Assembly: GCF_963921235.1 (NCBI RefSeq)
Contig: NC_086108.1
Coordinates: 106,456,001-106,520,000, forward strand
Source: Mobula hypostoma
Taxonomy: Eukaryota
DNA: 64,000 bases
Direction: 5' to 3'
Shown here one piece after another: positions 49,333 through 60,109 of this stretch; position 1 is the stretch's first letter; each line of letters begins with the position of its first letter. The translations under genes were made by a program, and so were the position numbers. The notes under the pieces were generated by a model, which saw only the letters and a program-made list of their open reading frames with translations, ran no database searches and was not told where the DNA came from.

Positions 49333-50472
49333 CAGTCCAAAGGGAAGCTATTTGCAAAGTATGTGACATTGCAATATAACATCTATCTTCTGAACAGTTC
49401 CTCTCCTGATGTGAGTGTTGTTTTACTTATAAAACAAAATACACAGTGCATTCACAATCAGAGATTAAACCTATTAGGCTGTAATTAAAACTCTGGCTCG
49501 GTGCCCAATACTAAAGAGTGATGTGGGGAGAGCAAATTAAGTCTGAACAGCTTGCTCCCCAGTTTTCTTCCACTGAGAATTGAGAAGCCCGACAAAACTC
49601 TGCAGCTGGTAGGCATATAAATATCACTTTGCAGCTCATAATAAATTTATCATGAGCTTGTTTTGTACACACATAAAATGCACTAAATTATCACACTTTA
49701 CTGCGAATGTTAATTAAGTGAACAGAGGTTGTAAACTGATTTATTAATTTTGTAACCAAAAATTCTTATAATTGCCCCCTGATAAATCCCTCTCTATCAT
49801 TGAGCACATTTACACGGAGTGGTGTTGCAGGAAAGCACCATTCATCATCAAGGATGCCCACCATTGAGGTCATACTCTCTTCTCACTACTGCCATCAACA
49901 AGGAGATGCAGGAGCCTCAGGACCCACACCACCACGTTCAGGGACAACTATTATCCCTCAGCCATCAGACTCTTAAACCAGAGAGGATAACTTCACTCAC
50001 CCCATCACTGCAATGTTCCCATAACCTATTGACTCACTTTCAAGGACTCTTCATCTCATTGTATCAATATTTATTGTATATTTATTGTTATTACTATTTT
50101 TTCTTTGGATGTACTGTGAATACCCACTAGAAAATGAATCTCAGGGTTTTATATGGTGACATATATCTACTTTGATAATAAATTTACTTTGAATCTTGAA
50201 CCTTGATCTGATCTGTTTTAACTTCTCCAATCGTAGATGCATCTCATGAAGTGAGGGTTGGATATGTAACAACTGCTCTTCTAAGCCTGCTTAACAATGA
50301 TTGAACCTTCCAGTCAGATATTTTGAACCCCATTCAGCTGCCCTAGTTGATCTGAAAAAAAAAACAGCATACTTTGAGATGGGTAAATATAATCCAAGAA
50401 TTTCCCAGTTTGGTACATCAATGAACAGGGCTGAGGAAGCTATCAGACCCATTGAGTCTGCATTAGCTGATA

Positions 50473-52188
50473 TAAACTCGGGTACACCTTTGTACCTGCT
50501 TATTAATGCACATGTCTAATCAGCTAATCATGTTGCAGCCACTCAGTGCATAAAGGCATACAGTCATGGTCAAGAGGTTCAGTGGGTGGCTGGGTTCTTA
50601 TCATGCTAGGAATATGGGTTTGTTGGATAATGCAGCATGTCCCACTGTAGCTTTGTTGGTAACCCCAACTTGTTTCTTGATTTTGATTTTAGTTGATTTC
50701 TGCTTACATGATTCAATAAAGTCTCTGTTATGCCTGAGAGTCTGCTGGTTCATCAATATTTTAAGAAAAATTATTGTAATATGTTAACCATTTTTACAGA
50801 TGATTCTAATGACAATTTAATTAGGCTGCTTTTGTGGTTAACAGAAAAGTCTTACCAGCCCTATATGCTGCAGAATTGGCGGGGGGGGGGCATCATTTTG
50901 GGCTTACAGTGGGTGGAGGAAAATTTGCCCTTGTAAAGTTGTAATGTGCGCAGATTCCTTTTTTTGGCTTTGACTAGTCTTAAAACAGGTCATTCCAGCG
51001 GTAGTTCAAATTTACTGTTCGAAGCTCATCAAACTTTATTTCCTATTCAAAGTATTGGTTTACGTGTCTTTTTCTTATGGGGACCTGCACATATGGGTGT
51101 TGAGGGGAATGAGCAAGTTGATTGTTTGGCTAAAAATGCTGCTAAAAGTTTAATTGTGGATATAGACCTTCCACCCAGCAAATCAGAAGCTAAGGGGTTG
51201 GTGGGGTTGAGAATTAGGGGTTTATGGCAAGACTTGTGGGAGAATGGGCATAAGGAAGACATCTTATGAGACGTCATAAAATTAGTGGGTTACAGGAGAA
51301 GGGGGTAAAACAAGAAGGGAAGGAATTATATTGGCCTGACTTGGAATTGGGCATAGTATTCCTTATATCTTGTTGGGAATCATTATTCTGGGTTGTGTAG
51401 GTTTTGTCATCATTATAAAACAGTTGAACATATACTATTACAGTGCGAAACAAATAAGGTTGAAAGAAATCAAATGCAGGCTTCATTATAATCTTTGGGG
51501 GTTGATAGTTTTCATTTTAAAATGTTATTAAGTTATGGGAGTGACTTTAATTTAATTTGCAGTGTTATCTTTCACTACTTACAACCTATTGGGCTTTTGG
51601 TGTAATTTAGCTTTCATTTGAAAACAGAGTAGTAAGGGTTTTATTTCCCAATTCTCCACACTGCACTCCAGTCCAGTTGGTGGCAGTAATGCACCTTGAA
51701 GTTTTACAACCAACCGCCATTAAAAGTCAAAAGAAGAGGAAGAAGAAGAAGAAGAAAAGGTTCAGTTGTTCAGAATGGGGGAGAAATGTGATCACAGTGA
51801 TCTTGTCCATGGAATGATTGTTGGTACCAGATGGGGCGGATTGTGTATCTCAAAAACTGCTGATCTTCTGGGATTTTAGCGCACAACAGTTGCTAGAGTT
51901 TACAGAGAATGGTGTGAAAAACAAAAAAAAAGACATTCGGTGAATGGTGACTCTGTGGGTGAAAATGAGGGAGGTTTGATGAGAATGACCAGACTGGTTT
52001 AAGTTGACATAAAGGCAACAGTAACTCAAATTAACACACATTATAAAAGAGGTGTACAGAAGATCATCTCTGAATGCTTGATGTCAAACCTTCAAGTGGA
52101 TGAGCTACCACAGCAGGTGAGCACAAACATTCAGTCAGTGGCTACTTTATTACATACTTCCTTTACCTAATAAAGTGGCCACTGAGTG
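50473..52188 (+). mobile_element. Tc1-derived element interrupted by an RNase H-bearing LINE
   Basis: Matches the other three Tc1 copies; right TIR AATAAAGTGGCCACTGAGTG followed by TA. Confidence 0.85.
50584..51757 (+). mobile_element. I/Nimb-clade LINE 3' fragment (RNase H domain, (GAA)n tail)
   Basis: IFTDDS, IILGLQWVEE, FLWGPAHMGVEGNEQVDCLAK; 3' UTR GGTGGCAGTAATGCACC; 9-bp TSD AGGTTCAGT (50575-50583, 51758-51766). Confidence 0.85.
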
Positions 52189-52924
52189 TAGCTTTGCCCC
52201 ATTTACTCCCACTTTTCTGTTTGGAACATTGCTGAGGAAATTAGACTATGTTGTTCCAGAAGTAACTGGCCTTGGATTGACCCTACCTTCATAAAAGCTC
52301 ATAGAGTCATACAGCTCAGAAAGAGGCCGTTCGGCCCACTCTGTTCATTCTAGCATTCAGATGTTCATCAATATTAATTCTGTTTATCAGCAGCACTTGG
52401 ACTGCTCTGAGGTTAGGTGTATCATTTTTGAATAAATTCCCCATCTCCTTTGCTCCTATTGATACTCTGTACTCATCAATCAATCTACAGACCAATCAAT
52501 TACCAATTGTTGAAACAGATTGAAAGGCCTAGATAGAGTGGGTCTACTCCCCAGTGTAATGGAGTCCAAAACTAAGGAGTGGACAAGAGGTGAAAGAGTT
52601 AAAAAGGACCTGAATGAAGTAGCTTTATTATGCAAAGGGTGGTCAGTATATGAAGTGGTCATTGTTGCTGGGACATGGACCTGAGTTGTAGGGATAGATT
52701 GAATAGGCTAGGAATTTATTCCTGGGAGCATAGGAGAATGAGCGGAGATTTGATAAATGTATACAAAAATACGAGTGTTATCGACAAGGTAAATATAAGC
52801 AGGCTTTTCCACTGAAGTTGGGCAAGATTAGAACTAGAGGTCATAAGTTAAGTGTAAAAGGTGTAATATGTAAGAAGAACTTCTTCATTTGCACCATTTA
52901 TGAGAAATTTGGATAAGTTTGAAA

Positions 52925-53230
52925 GGCATAGCGGTGTAGTGGTTAGCACAACATAATTACAGTGACAGCTTTAAGACCGGAGTTTAATTTCTGCCAGTGT
53001 CTGTACACAGACCTCTAGATATCTGTAAGGAACTTGTACCTTCTTCCAGTGACTGCGTGGGTTTCCTCCGGATGCTTCGGTTACCTTCCACATTCCAAAG
53101 ATGCACTGATTATGATCAGTCGGGCGTGAGCATGCTACGTTGGCTCCAGACAGATCCTCTCTGACTTGACTTCACTGATATACTTCACTGTGTGTTTCAA
53201 TGTACGCGTGACAAATAAAGCTAATCCTTA
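52925..53230 (+). mobile_element. V-SINE with GTGACAAATAAAGCTAATC tail
   Basis: tRNA-like head GGCATAGCGGTGTAGTGGTTAGCAC; V-domain GTGGGTTTCCTCCGGATGCTTCGG. Confidence 0.8.
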
Positions 53231-56200
53231 TGAAACACTCAGGTTCTGTCCGCTACTTAAGTCTAGGGAAGGTAATCTCGGTCCCGCCAGACAATTGAGG
53301 CGCGAGCCCACCCTAGAACCCACTGTTTGTGTGGCTGCTTCATGATTCGTTACTCTGCTACTAATAAGTGCCACGAAATAATTGACAGTACACTGCATAC
53401 AATTAAAAGATTTAGCATTATAATTCTTAACTAGACTAAAAGGTTGGTAAAGAAAGAACAAAAAGAAGAAAAGGGCCCATTTTAATGAAAGAGCTTACGG
53501 TTCGCCCTTTGTTGATCCACCTTCGATCTCACCCCAGACTTCGTTGAATCACGGCCCCGTTCTGGGTCAAATCCTACAACCTCTTCTCCCCAGCATCTTC
53601 TCTCTTCATTTCCTCCACAAAAGACCCCTAGCCTCGCTTTAGTGTCCCTCACCAGAGAAACCTCCCCTTAATCTGGCCACCCTAATCGGATGGCACACAA
53701 TTCTCCTATCTCTTATCTTCAACAGTAACCCAAACAAGCAGCTTGCAGAGAACAACACAAAAATCAAATACAGAACAGCAGAACAATAAAAAATATGAAC
53801 CAGGGCATTACACTCTCCCCTCCATCAAAATTGTCATCTCCTCATGACTTTGAAATAATTTGTCATTCCGTCATTAATAACTCCGTTTTCAAGGGAGGTT
53901 CGTGATGTCAGCACCCCCAATTCATTTGTAAAGGGTAGTGAAATATGTCACTAGGGGGATAACCATAGCACTCTGTTCCTGTGGTGCTACACAGGTCTCC
54001 TGATTCTTTGAGAACTCCTTACCCTGTCATCTATTTCTTCAGGTTCTGACGTTCCTAGGGATACTTCTGATCTATACGGTGAGGCCTTCCCAGTCTATCA
54101 CTCGTGCCCTCCTGCAACTCTGATCTCGCTGCCATTTGGCTGAGCCCAGCTTCATCCCCTTCAAGGCCCGGCGGAAACCCAGCCTGTCCACAGATAGTTC
54201 CCCCCCACCCCCGATTTCACCTGCCTCAGCGGGAGAAGGGTTAGGAATCTCTTCCTCAATCAGTGGGGAGTTAGCAAAAGACAGCATATACCGCACTCCC
54301 ATTTCCTCATCCTCTGAGTCCGTATCCCATTCAGGGCTGGGGGCCGGGGCCGGTCTAATTCTTCCTGCCATTGATTCTCCAGTCTCTCTGCATCACTGCA
54401 GAGTCCTCTTACTAGATGTAGGTTCCAGATCAGACTCTGGTTCAACCCGCACCTCTTGTCCCAGAGCAAGAAGTTGGTTCCGATGGAGAATATTGTGGTA
54501 AACCATATATATAGGTTGTAACTGGGTTACCTGTCTGGACACACCCCTCTGCTGACTGCTCCTGTGGCTCCTCCCACAGATCCCTGAATAAAGGCAATTG
54601 CGCCATTGCTCCTTCTCCTCAGTCCAGGAGCAGATACTCAGCATGATGGAGGTCACATTTTACTTCTAATAAAAGCCTTTCAGTATTTACTCTACTTCCA
54701 GTCTTTTGGAGTTATTGATGGTGCATCAAATCTTGACAGGCCTATTCCCATCCTCTGGTTTCACCCAGAAAACTGGTACATTTGGCATCTGACTCTCCAC
54801 TACAAAGGGCATAGCCACCCATCGGCCAGCTTCCCAGGTAGCTCAAAATTCCTTATGAGGACTCAGTTTCCCGAGATGAATTAGAAGAACCTCACCTTTT
54901 GATCATATCTCCTCTTATTTCTTTGATTCTGCTTGGCAGCCACGACCCCAGCTAACTCATAAGCCTTTTTCAGCTCCCTTCTCATATCAGACACATACTT
55001 CAGATAAGTCTTCGGTAGTAGGTCTTCTTCGCCAGTCCCAAAACAAAGGTCAACGGGCAACCTCACCTCACGCCCAAACAACAGATAATACGGGGAGTAT
55101 CCAGTAGCTTTGTTTCACGTACAGTTGTAGCAATGGACCAGATGTCCAATATGTTGACTCCACTTGTTCCTCTTGCTGATTTCCAAGATTCCGAGCATGT
55201 CTAGCAAGATCTGATTAAACCACTCGGGCTGCGGATCACCCTGTGGGTGATAAGGCCTAGCCCTCGACTTCTCGACTCCGGGCATGCTCAGTAACTCCTG
55301 TATGAGTCTGCTCTCGAAATCCTGTCCCTGATCACGATGTATCTGCCTGGGGAGGCGATAATAAATGAAATACTTCTCCTATAACACTTTCGCCACCATG
55401 GATACCCTCTGATCTTTGGTAGGGAATGCCTGAGCATACCTGGTGTCGTGATCCATAATGACAAAGATGTTCGCCATGTTGTTGGCATCTGGCTCTATTG
55501 ACAGGAAATCCATACACACCAGGTCACCGGGCCCCGCACTCTGCAAGTGGGACAAGGGAGCGGCCCTCGTAGGCAGCATCTTCCTCCATATGCATCAACT
55601 GCACGACCTGCAGTACTCTTTGACCTCCTGCTTCATTCGGAGCCGGTAAAACCAATCCCTGAGCAATCCAAAAGTCTTTTCCTCCCCTAAATGGCCAAAA
55701 TCGTCATGAAGTCCTATAGTCCACACACATCCATGCCTTCATATTCTTCTTCCTGTCCACTATTATTGGGAATGCATAGGGGCTTCTAGACTCAGTGATG
55801 ATCCTAGCTTCCTTCAGCTTCCACAAATGCTGCCAAACATCTTCCACCTCTGCAGGGGCCAATCGTCGCGACCTTTCTCTGAGTGGGGTGTCCTCGGTCA
55901 CCTGGGTAGTGTGGCAAGTGCTCTTGGAACAGCCCACATCAAACTCATCAGTGGAAACGACACCTTCCAGCTTCAACATCTTCTCTATCAACTCCTCTTC
56001 CACCCCGCAGGTACTGGAGAATTCCCGAATTTAAGTGACTCAGCAGTCAACTTTCCCTTTTTCGAAAAGAGTTTCTCCCTGGCTTGTTTCACAGGAACAT
56101 ATGAGCTTACCATCACTGGGAAGAGATCCCCTGCTGGAGGGTGACCTCCCTCTTTATCGTGTTCCTGACAATTACTGGCATCCTGTTTGCCTGTACAACC

Positions 56201-56438
56201 GAGGGCTTCCACAGTTCGGGCCCCACCAGTACCCCTGTGGATTCGCACCACCGCTCAGCCCCTGCAGCATCCATAACCACATGTCGTAATCACTTTTCCG
56301 GATAATAGTTTAGCACAGACTTAAACACACAACCCACTGGATCAATGCTCAGGGCAATCACACAGCATCCAAAAAAATCGATCCCCGACGATAACCCCAC
56401 AATGAAACACTGTTTCCATCAGCTGCATAAGGACATTA
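53231..56438 (-). mobile_element. Gypsy LTR retrotransposon, internally deleted; 3' LTR at 53231-53812 with PPT at 53813-53826
   Basis: Minus-strand LTR TGTAATG...GTTTCA preceded by GATGGAGGGGAGAG; integrase LVCMDFLSIE, IHRDQG, MFGREVRLPVDL, KILHRNQLL; RT start SPYAFPIIVDRKK...MCVDYR. Confidence 0.92.
54494..54728 (+). mobile_element. Solo LTR (235 bp) nested in the Gypsy integrase C-terminus
   Basis: TG...CA; TSD AATAT/AATCT; AATAAA near 54678; removing it restores GPVKILHRNQLL. Confidence 0.85.
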
Positions 56439-56512
56439 ATCTTTATACAACAACACACATCAAAGTTGCTGGTGAACGCAGCAGGCCAAGCAGCATCTAT
56501 AGGAAGAGGCGC

Positions 56513-56548
56513 AGTCGACGTTTCAGGCCGAGACCCTTCGTCAGGACT
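56513..56548 (-). ncRNA. Minimal type I hammerhead ribozyme motif
   Basis: Reverse complement AGTC-CTGACGA-AGGGTCTCGGCCT-GAAA-CG-TC-GACT: complete catalytic core with stem I and stem II pairing. Confidence 0.85.
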
Positions 56549-57419
56549 AACTGAAGGAAGAGTGAGTAAGGGATTTGAAAGCTGGAGGGGGAGGGGGAGA
56601 TGCAAAATGATAGGAGAAGACAGGAGGGGGAGGGATAGAGCCGAGAGCTGGACAGGTGATAGGCAAAAGGGGATACGAGAGGATCATGGGACAGGAGGTC
56701 CGGGAAGAAAGACGGGGGGGGTGACCCAGAGGATGGGCAAGAGGTATATTCAGAGGGACAGAGGGAGAAAAAGGAGAGTGAGAGAAAGAATGTGTGCATA
56801 AAAATGAGTAACAGATGGGGTACGAGGGGGAGGTGGGGCCTAGCGGAAGTTAGAGAAGTCAATGTTCATGCCATCAGGTTGGAGGCTACCCAGACGGAAT
56901 ATAAGGTGTTGTTCCTCCAACCTGAGTGTGGCTTCATCTTTACAGTAGAGGAGGCCGTGGATAGACATGTCAGAATGGGAATGGGATGTGGAATTAAAAT
57001 GTGTGGCCACTGGGAGATCCTGCTTTCTCTGGCGGACAGAGCGTAGATGTTCAGCAAAGCGGTCTCCCAGTCTGGGTAGCCTCCAACCTGATGGCATGAA
57101 CATTGACTTCTCTAACTTCCGCTAGGCCCCACCTCCCCCTCGTACCCCATCTGTTACTCATTTTTATACACACATTCTTTCTCTCACTCTCCTTTTTCTC
57201 CCTCTGTCCCTCTGAATATACCTCTTGCCCATCCTCTGGGTCAATCCCCCCCCCATCTTTCTTCCCGGACCTCCTGTCCCATGATCCTCTCGTATCCCCT
57301 TTTGCCTATCACCTGTCCAGCTCTCGGCTCTATCCCTCCCCCTCCTGTCTTCTCCTATCATTTTGCATCTCCCCCTCCCCCTCCAGCTTTCAAATCCCTT
57401 ACTCACTCTTCCTTCAGTT

Positions 57420-57455
57420 AGTCCTGATGAAGGGTCTCGGCCTGAAACGTCGACT
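57420..57455 (+). ncRNA. Minimal type I hammerhead ribozyme motif; predicted cleavage after C57451 (GUC)
   Basis: AGTC-CTGATGA-AGGGTCTCGGCCT-GAAA-CG-TC-GACT. Confidence 0.85.
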
Positions 57456-57704
57456 GCGCCTCTTCCTATAGATGCTGCTTGGCCTGCTGCGTTCACCAGC
57501 AACTTTGATGTGTGTTGCTTGAATTTCCAGTATCTGCAGAATTCCTGTTGTTTGCGATTAATCTTTATACTTTTATCTTTACATCGATGTGAGGGTTATG
57601 GAGGGGTATGGTCCAGGGGCAGATCAATGGACTAGGCAGCTTAACACTTCTGCATGGACAGATGGGCTGAATGACTTGTTTCTGTGTGGCAATGCTTTAT
57701 AATA

Positions 57705-59418
57705 ATTGGGGAGATCTTAAATAGGTTTTTTGCGTCTGTATTTACTAAGGAAGCTGGCATGAAATCTATGGAATTGAGGGAATCAAGTAGTGAGACCATG
57801 GAAACTGTACAGATTGAAAAGGAGGAGGTGCTTGCTGTCTTGTGGAAGATTAAAGTGGATAAATCCCCGGGACCTGACAGAGTGTTCCCTCGGATCTTGA
57901 AGGAAACTAGTGTTGAAATTGCGGGGGCCCTGGCAGAAATATTTAAAATGTCGCTGTCTACGGGTGAAGTGCCGGAGGATTGGAGAGTGGCTCATGTTGT
58001 TCCGTTGTTTAAAAAAGGATCGAAAAGTAATCCGGGAAATTATAGGCCGGTGAGTTTAACGTCGGTAGTAGGTAAGTTATTGGAGGGAGTACTAAGAGAC
58101 AGAATCTACAGGCATTTGGATAGACAGGGGCTTATTAGGGAGAATCAACATGGCTTTGTGTGTGGTAGGTCATGTTTGACCAATCTAATGGAGTTTTTTG
58201 AGGAGGTTACCAGGAAAGTGGATGAAGGGAAGGCAGTGGATATTGTCTACACGGACTTCAGTAAGGCCTTTGACAAGGTCCCGCATGGGAGGTTAGTTAG
58301 GAAAATTCAGTCGCTAGGTATACATGGAGAGGTGGTAAATTGGATTAGACATTGGCTCATGAAAGAAGCCAGAGAGTGGTGGTAGAGAATTGCTTCTCTG
58401 AGTGGAGGCCTGTGACTAGTGGTGTGCCACAGGGATCAGTGCTGGGTCCATTGTTATTTGTCATCTATATCAATGATCTGGATGATAATGTGGTAAATTG
58501 GATCAGCAAGTTTGCTGATGATACAAAGATTGGAGGTGTAGTAGACAGTGAGGAAGGTTTTCAGAGCCTGCAAAGGGACTTGGACCAGCTGGAAAAATGG
58601 GCTGAAAAATGGCAGATGGAGTTTAATACTGACAAGTGTGAGGTATTGCACGTTGGAAGGACAAAGCAACGTAGAACATACAGGGTTAATGGTAAGGCAC
58701 TGTGGAGTGCAGTGGAACAGAGGGATCTGGGAATACAGATACAAAATTCCCTAAAAGTGGCGTCACAGGTAGATAGGGTCGTAAAGAGAGCTTTTGGTAC
58801 ATTGGCCTTTATTAATCGAAGTATTGAGTATAAGAGCTGGAATGTTATAATGAGGTTGTATAAGGCATTGGTGAGGCCGAATCTGGAGTATTGTGTTCAG
58901 TTTTGGTCACCAAATTACAGGAAGGATATAAATAAGGTTGAAAGAGTGCAGAGAAGGTTTACAAGGATGTTGCTGGGACTTGAGAAAGATTGAATAGGTT
59001 AGGACTTTATTCCCTGAAGCGTAGAAGAATGAGGGGAGATTTGATAGCGGTATATAAAATTATGATGGGTATAGATAGAGTGAATGCAAGCAGGCTTTTT
59101 CCACTGAGGCAAGAGGAGAAACTAACCAGAGGACATGGGTTAAGGGTGAGAGGGGAAAAGTTTAAAGGGAACTTAAAGGGGGGCTTCTTCACACAGAGAG
59201 TGGTGAGAGTATGGAATGAGCTGCCAGACGAGGTGGTAAATGCGGGTTCTTTTTTAACATTTAAGAATAAATTGGACAGATACATGGATGGGAGGTGTAT
59301 GGAGGGATATGGTCCATGTGCAGGTCAGTGGGACTAGGCAGAAAATGGTTCGGCACAGCCAAAAAGGGCCAAAGGGCCTGTTTCTGTGCTGTAGTTTCTA
59401 TGGTTCTATGGTTCTATG
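57705..59418 (+). mobile_element. CR1 LINE, 5'-truncated, whole RT domain with two frameshifts
   Basis: [55 protein letters not shown]; (TTCTATGG)n tail. Confidence 0.97.
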
Positions 59419-59434
59419 GAGTCTATGACTCCAG

Positions 59435-60005
59435 GTGGTGGGTGGCAGGATGTAGATATTGCTCTACCAAAGGAGGTATAAGTCACTGCTTCTTTCCCCT
59501 TCCCATGGAAAAGGTGTAGTACCTGCCCAGTCCTTGCAATCGTGGTCATGGGAAGCCATTGGAGCAGATGGCGGATGGTCATAACTGTAGGTTTTTGCAA
59601 ATAAAAATGGCGGAAGCGTTTTATGTTTAAGAAAACTGTAACAACTCATTTACTGTACTCCAAACACCGAACACAAAGTGCGGTGAAAGAACTTCACACA
59701 ATTACGTCATCACATGAGACCAGCTTATTAAAGTGAACTCCAATTCCACCATTTACATTACCCTGTCATATGAGCAGCTGGTGTATATCTCAAGTCCTGG
59801 TTATGTGACCACTGACACCAGACAGACAATCCTTGTAGGGTATTGATAATGGCTCGGGTCACCCAACTTGGAAAGACACTGTACAGAAGGAAGCAACAAC
59901 AAACCCTTCTGTAGAAAAATTTGGCCAAGAACGATCACGGTCATGGAGACCTTAGTCGCCTACATCATACGACATGGCGCAGAATGATGATGATGACGAT
60001 GATGA
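59435..60005 (+). mobile_element. RTE-tailed SINE-like element with (GAT)n tail, interrupted at 59584-59764
   Basis: Aligns by eye with 24025-25055. Confidence 0.7.
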
Positions 60006-60109
60006 CTCCTGGTGTGTGCTGTTGGGAAATGAGTTCCACGATTCAAACTCAGCAGCTACAAATGAATGACCATTTAACTCAACAGAGAATGTATCTCAGA
60101 GGGAAACCT

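Larger units (their letters stand above)
56449..57556. mobile_element. Young Penelope-like element with inverted pLTRs (GIY-YIG C-terminus)
   Basis: 14-bp TSD ATTAATCTTTATAC (56435-56448, 57557-57570); arms 56451-56895 and 57070-57517; peptide RLGDRFAEHLRSV...VATHFN...RLEEQHLIFRLGSLQPDGMNIDF. Confidence 0.95.
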
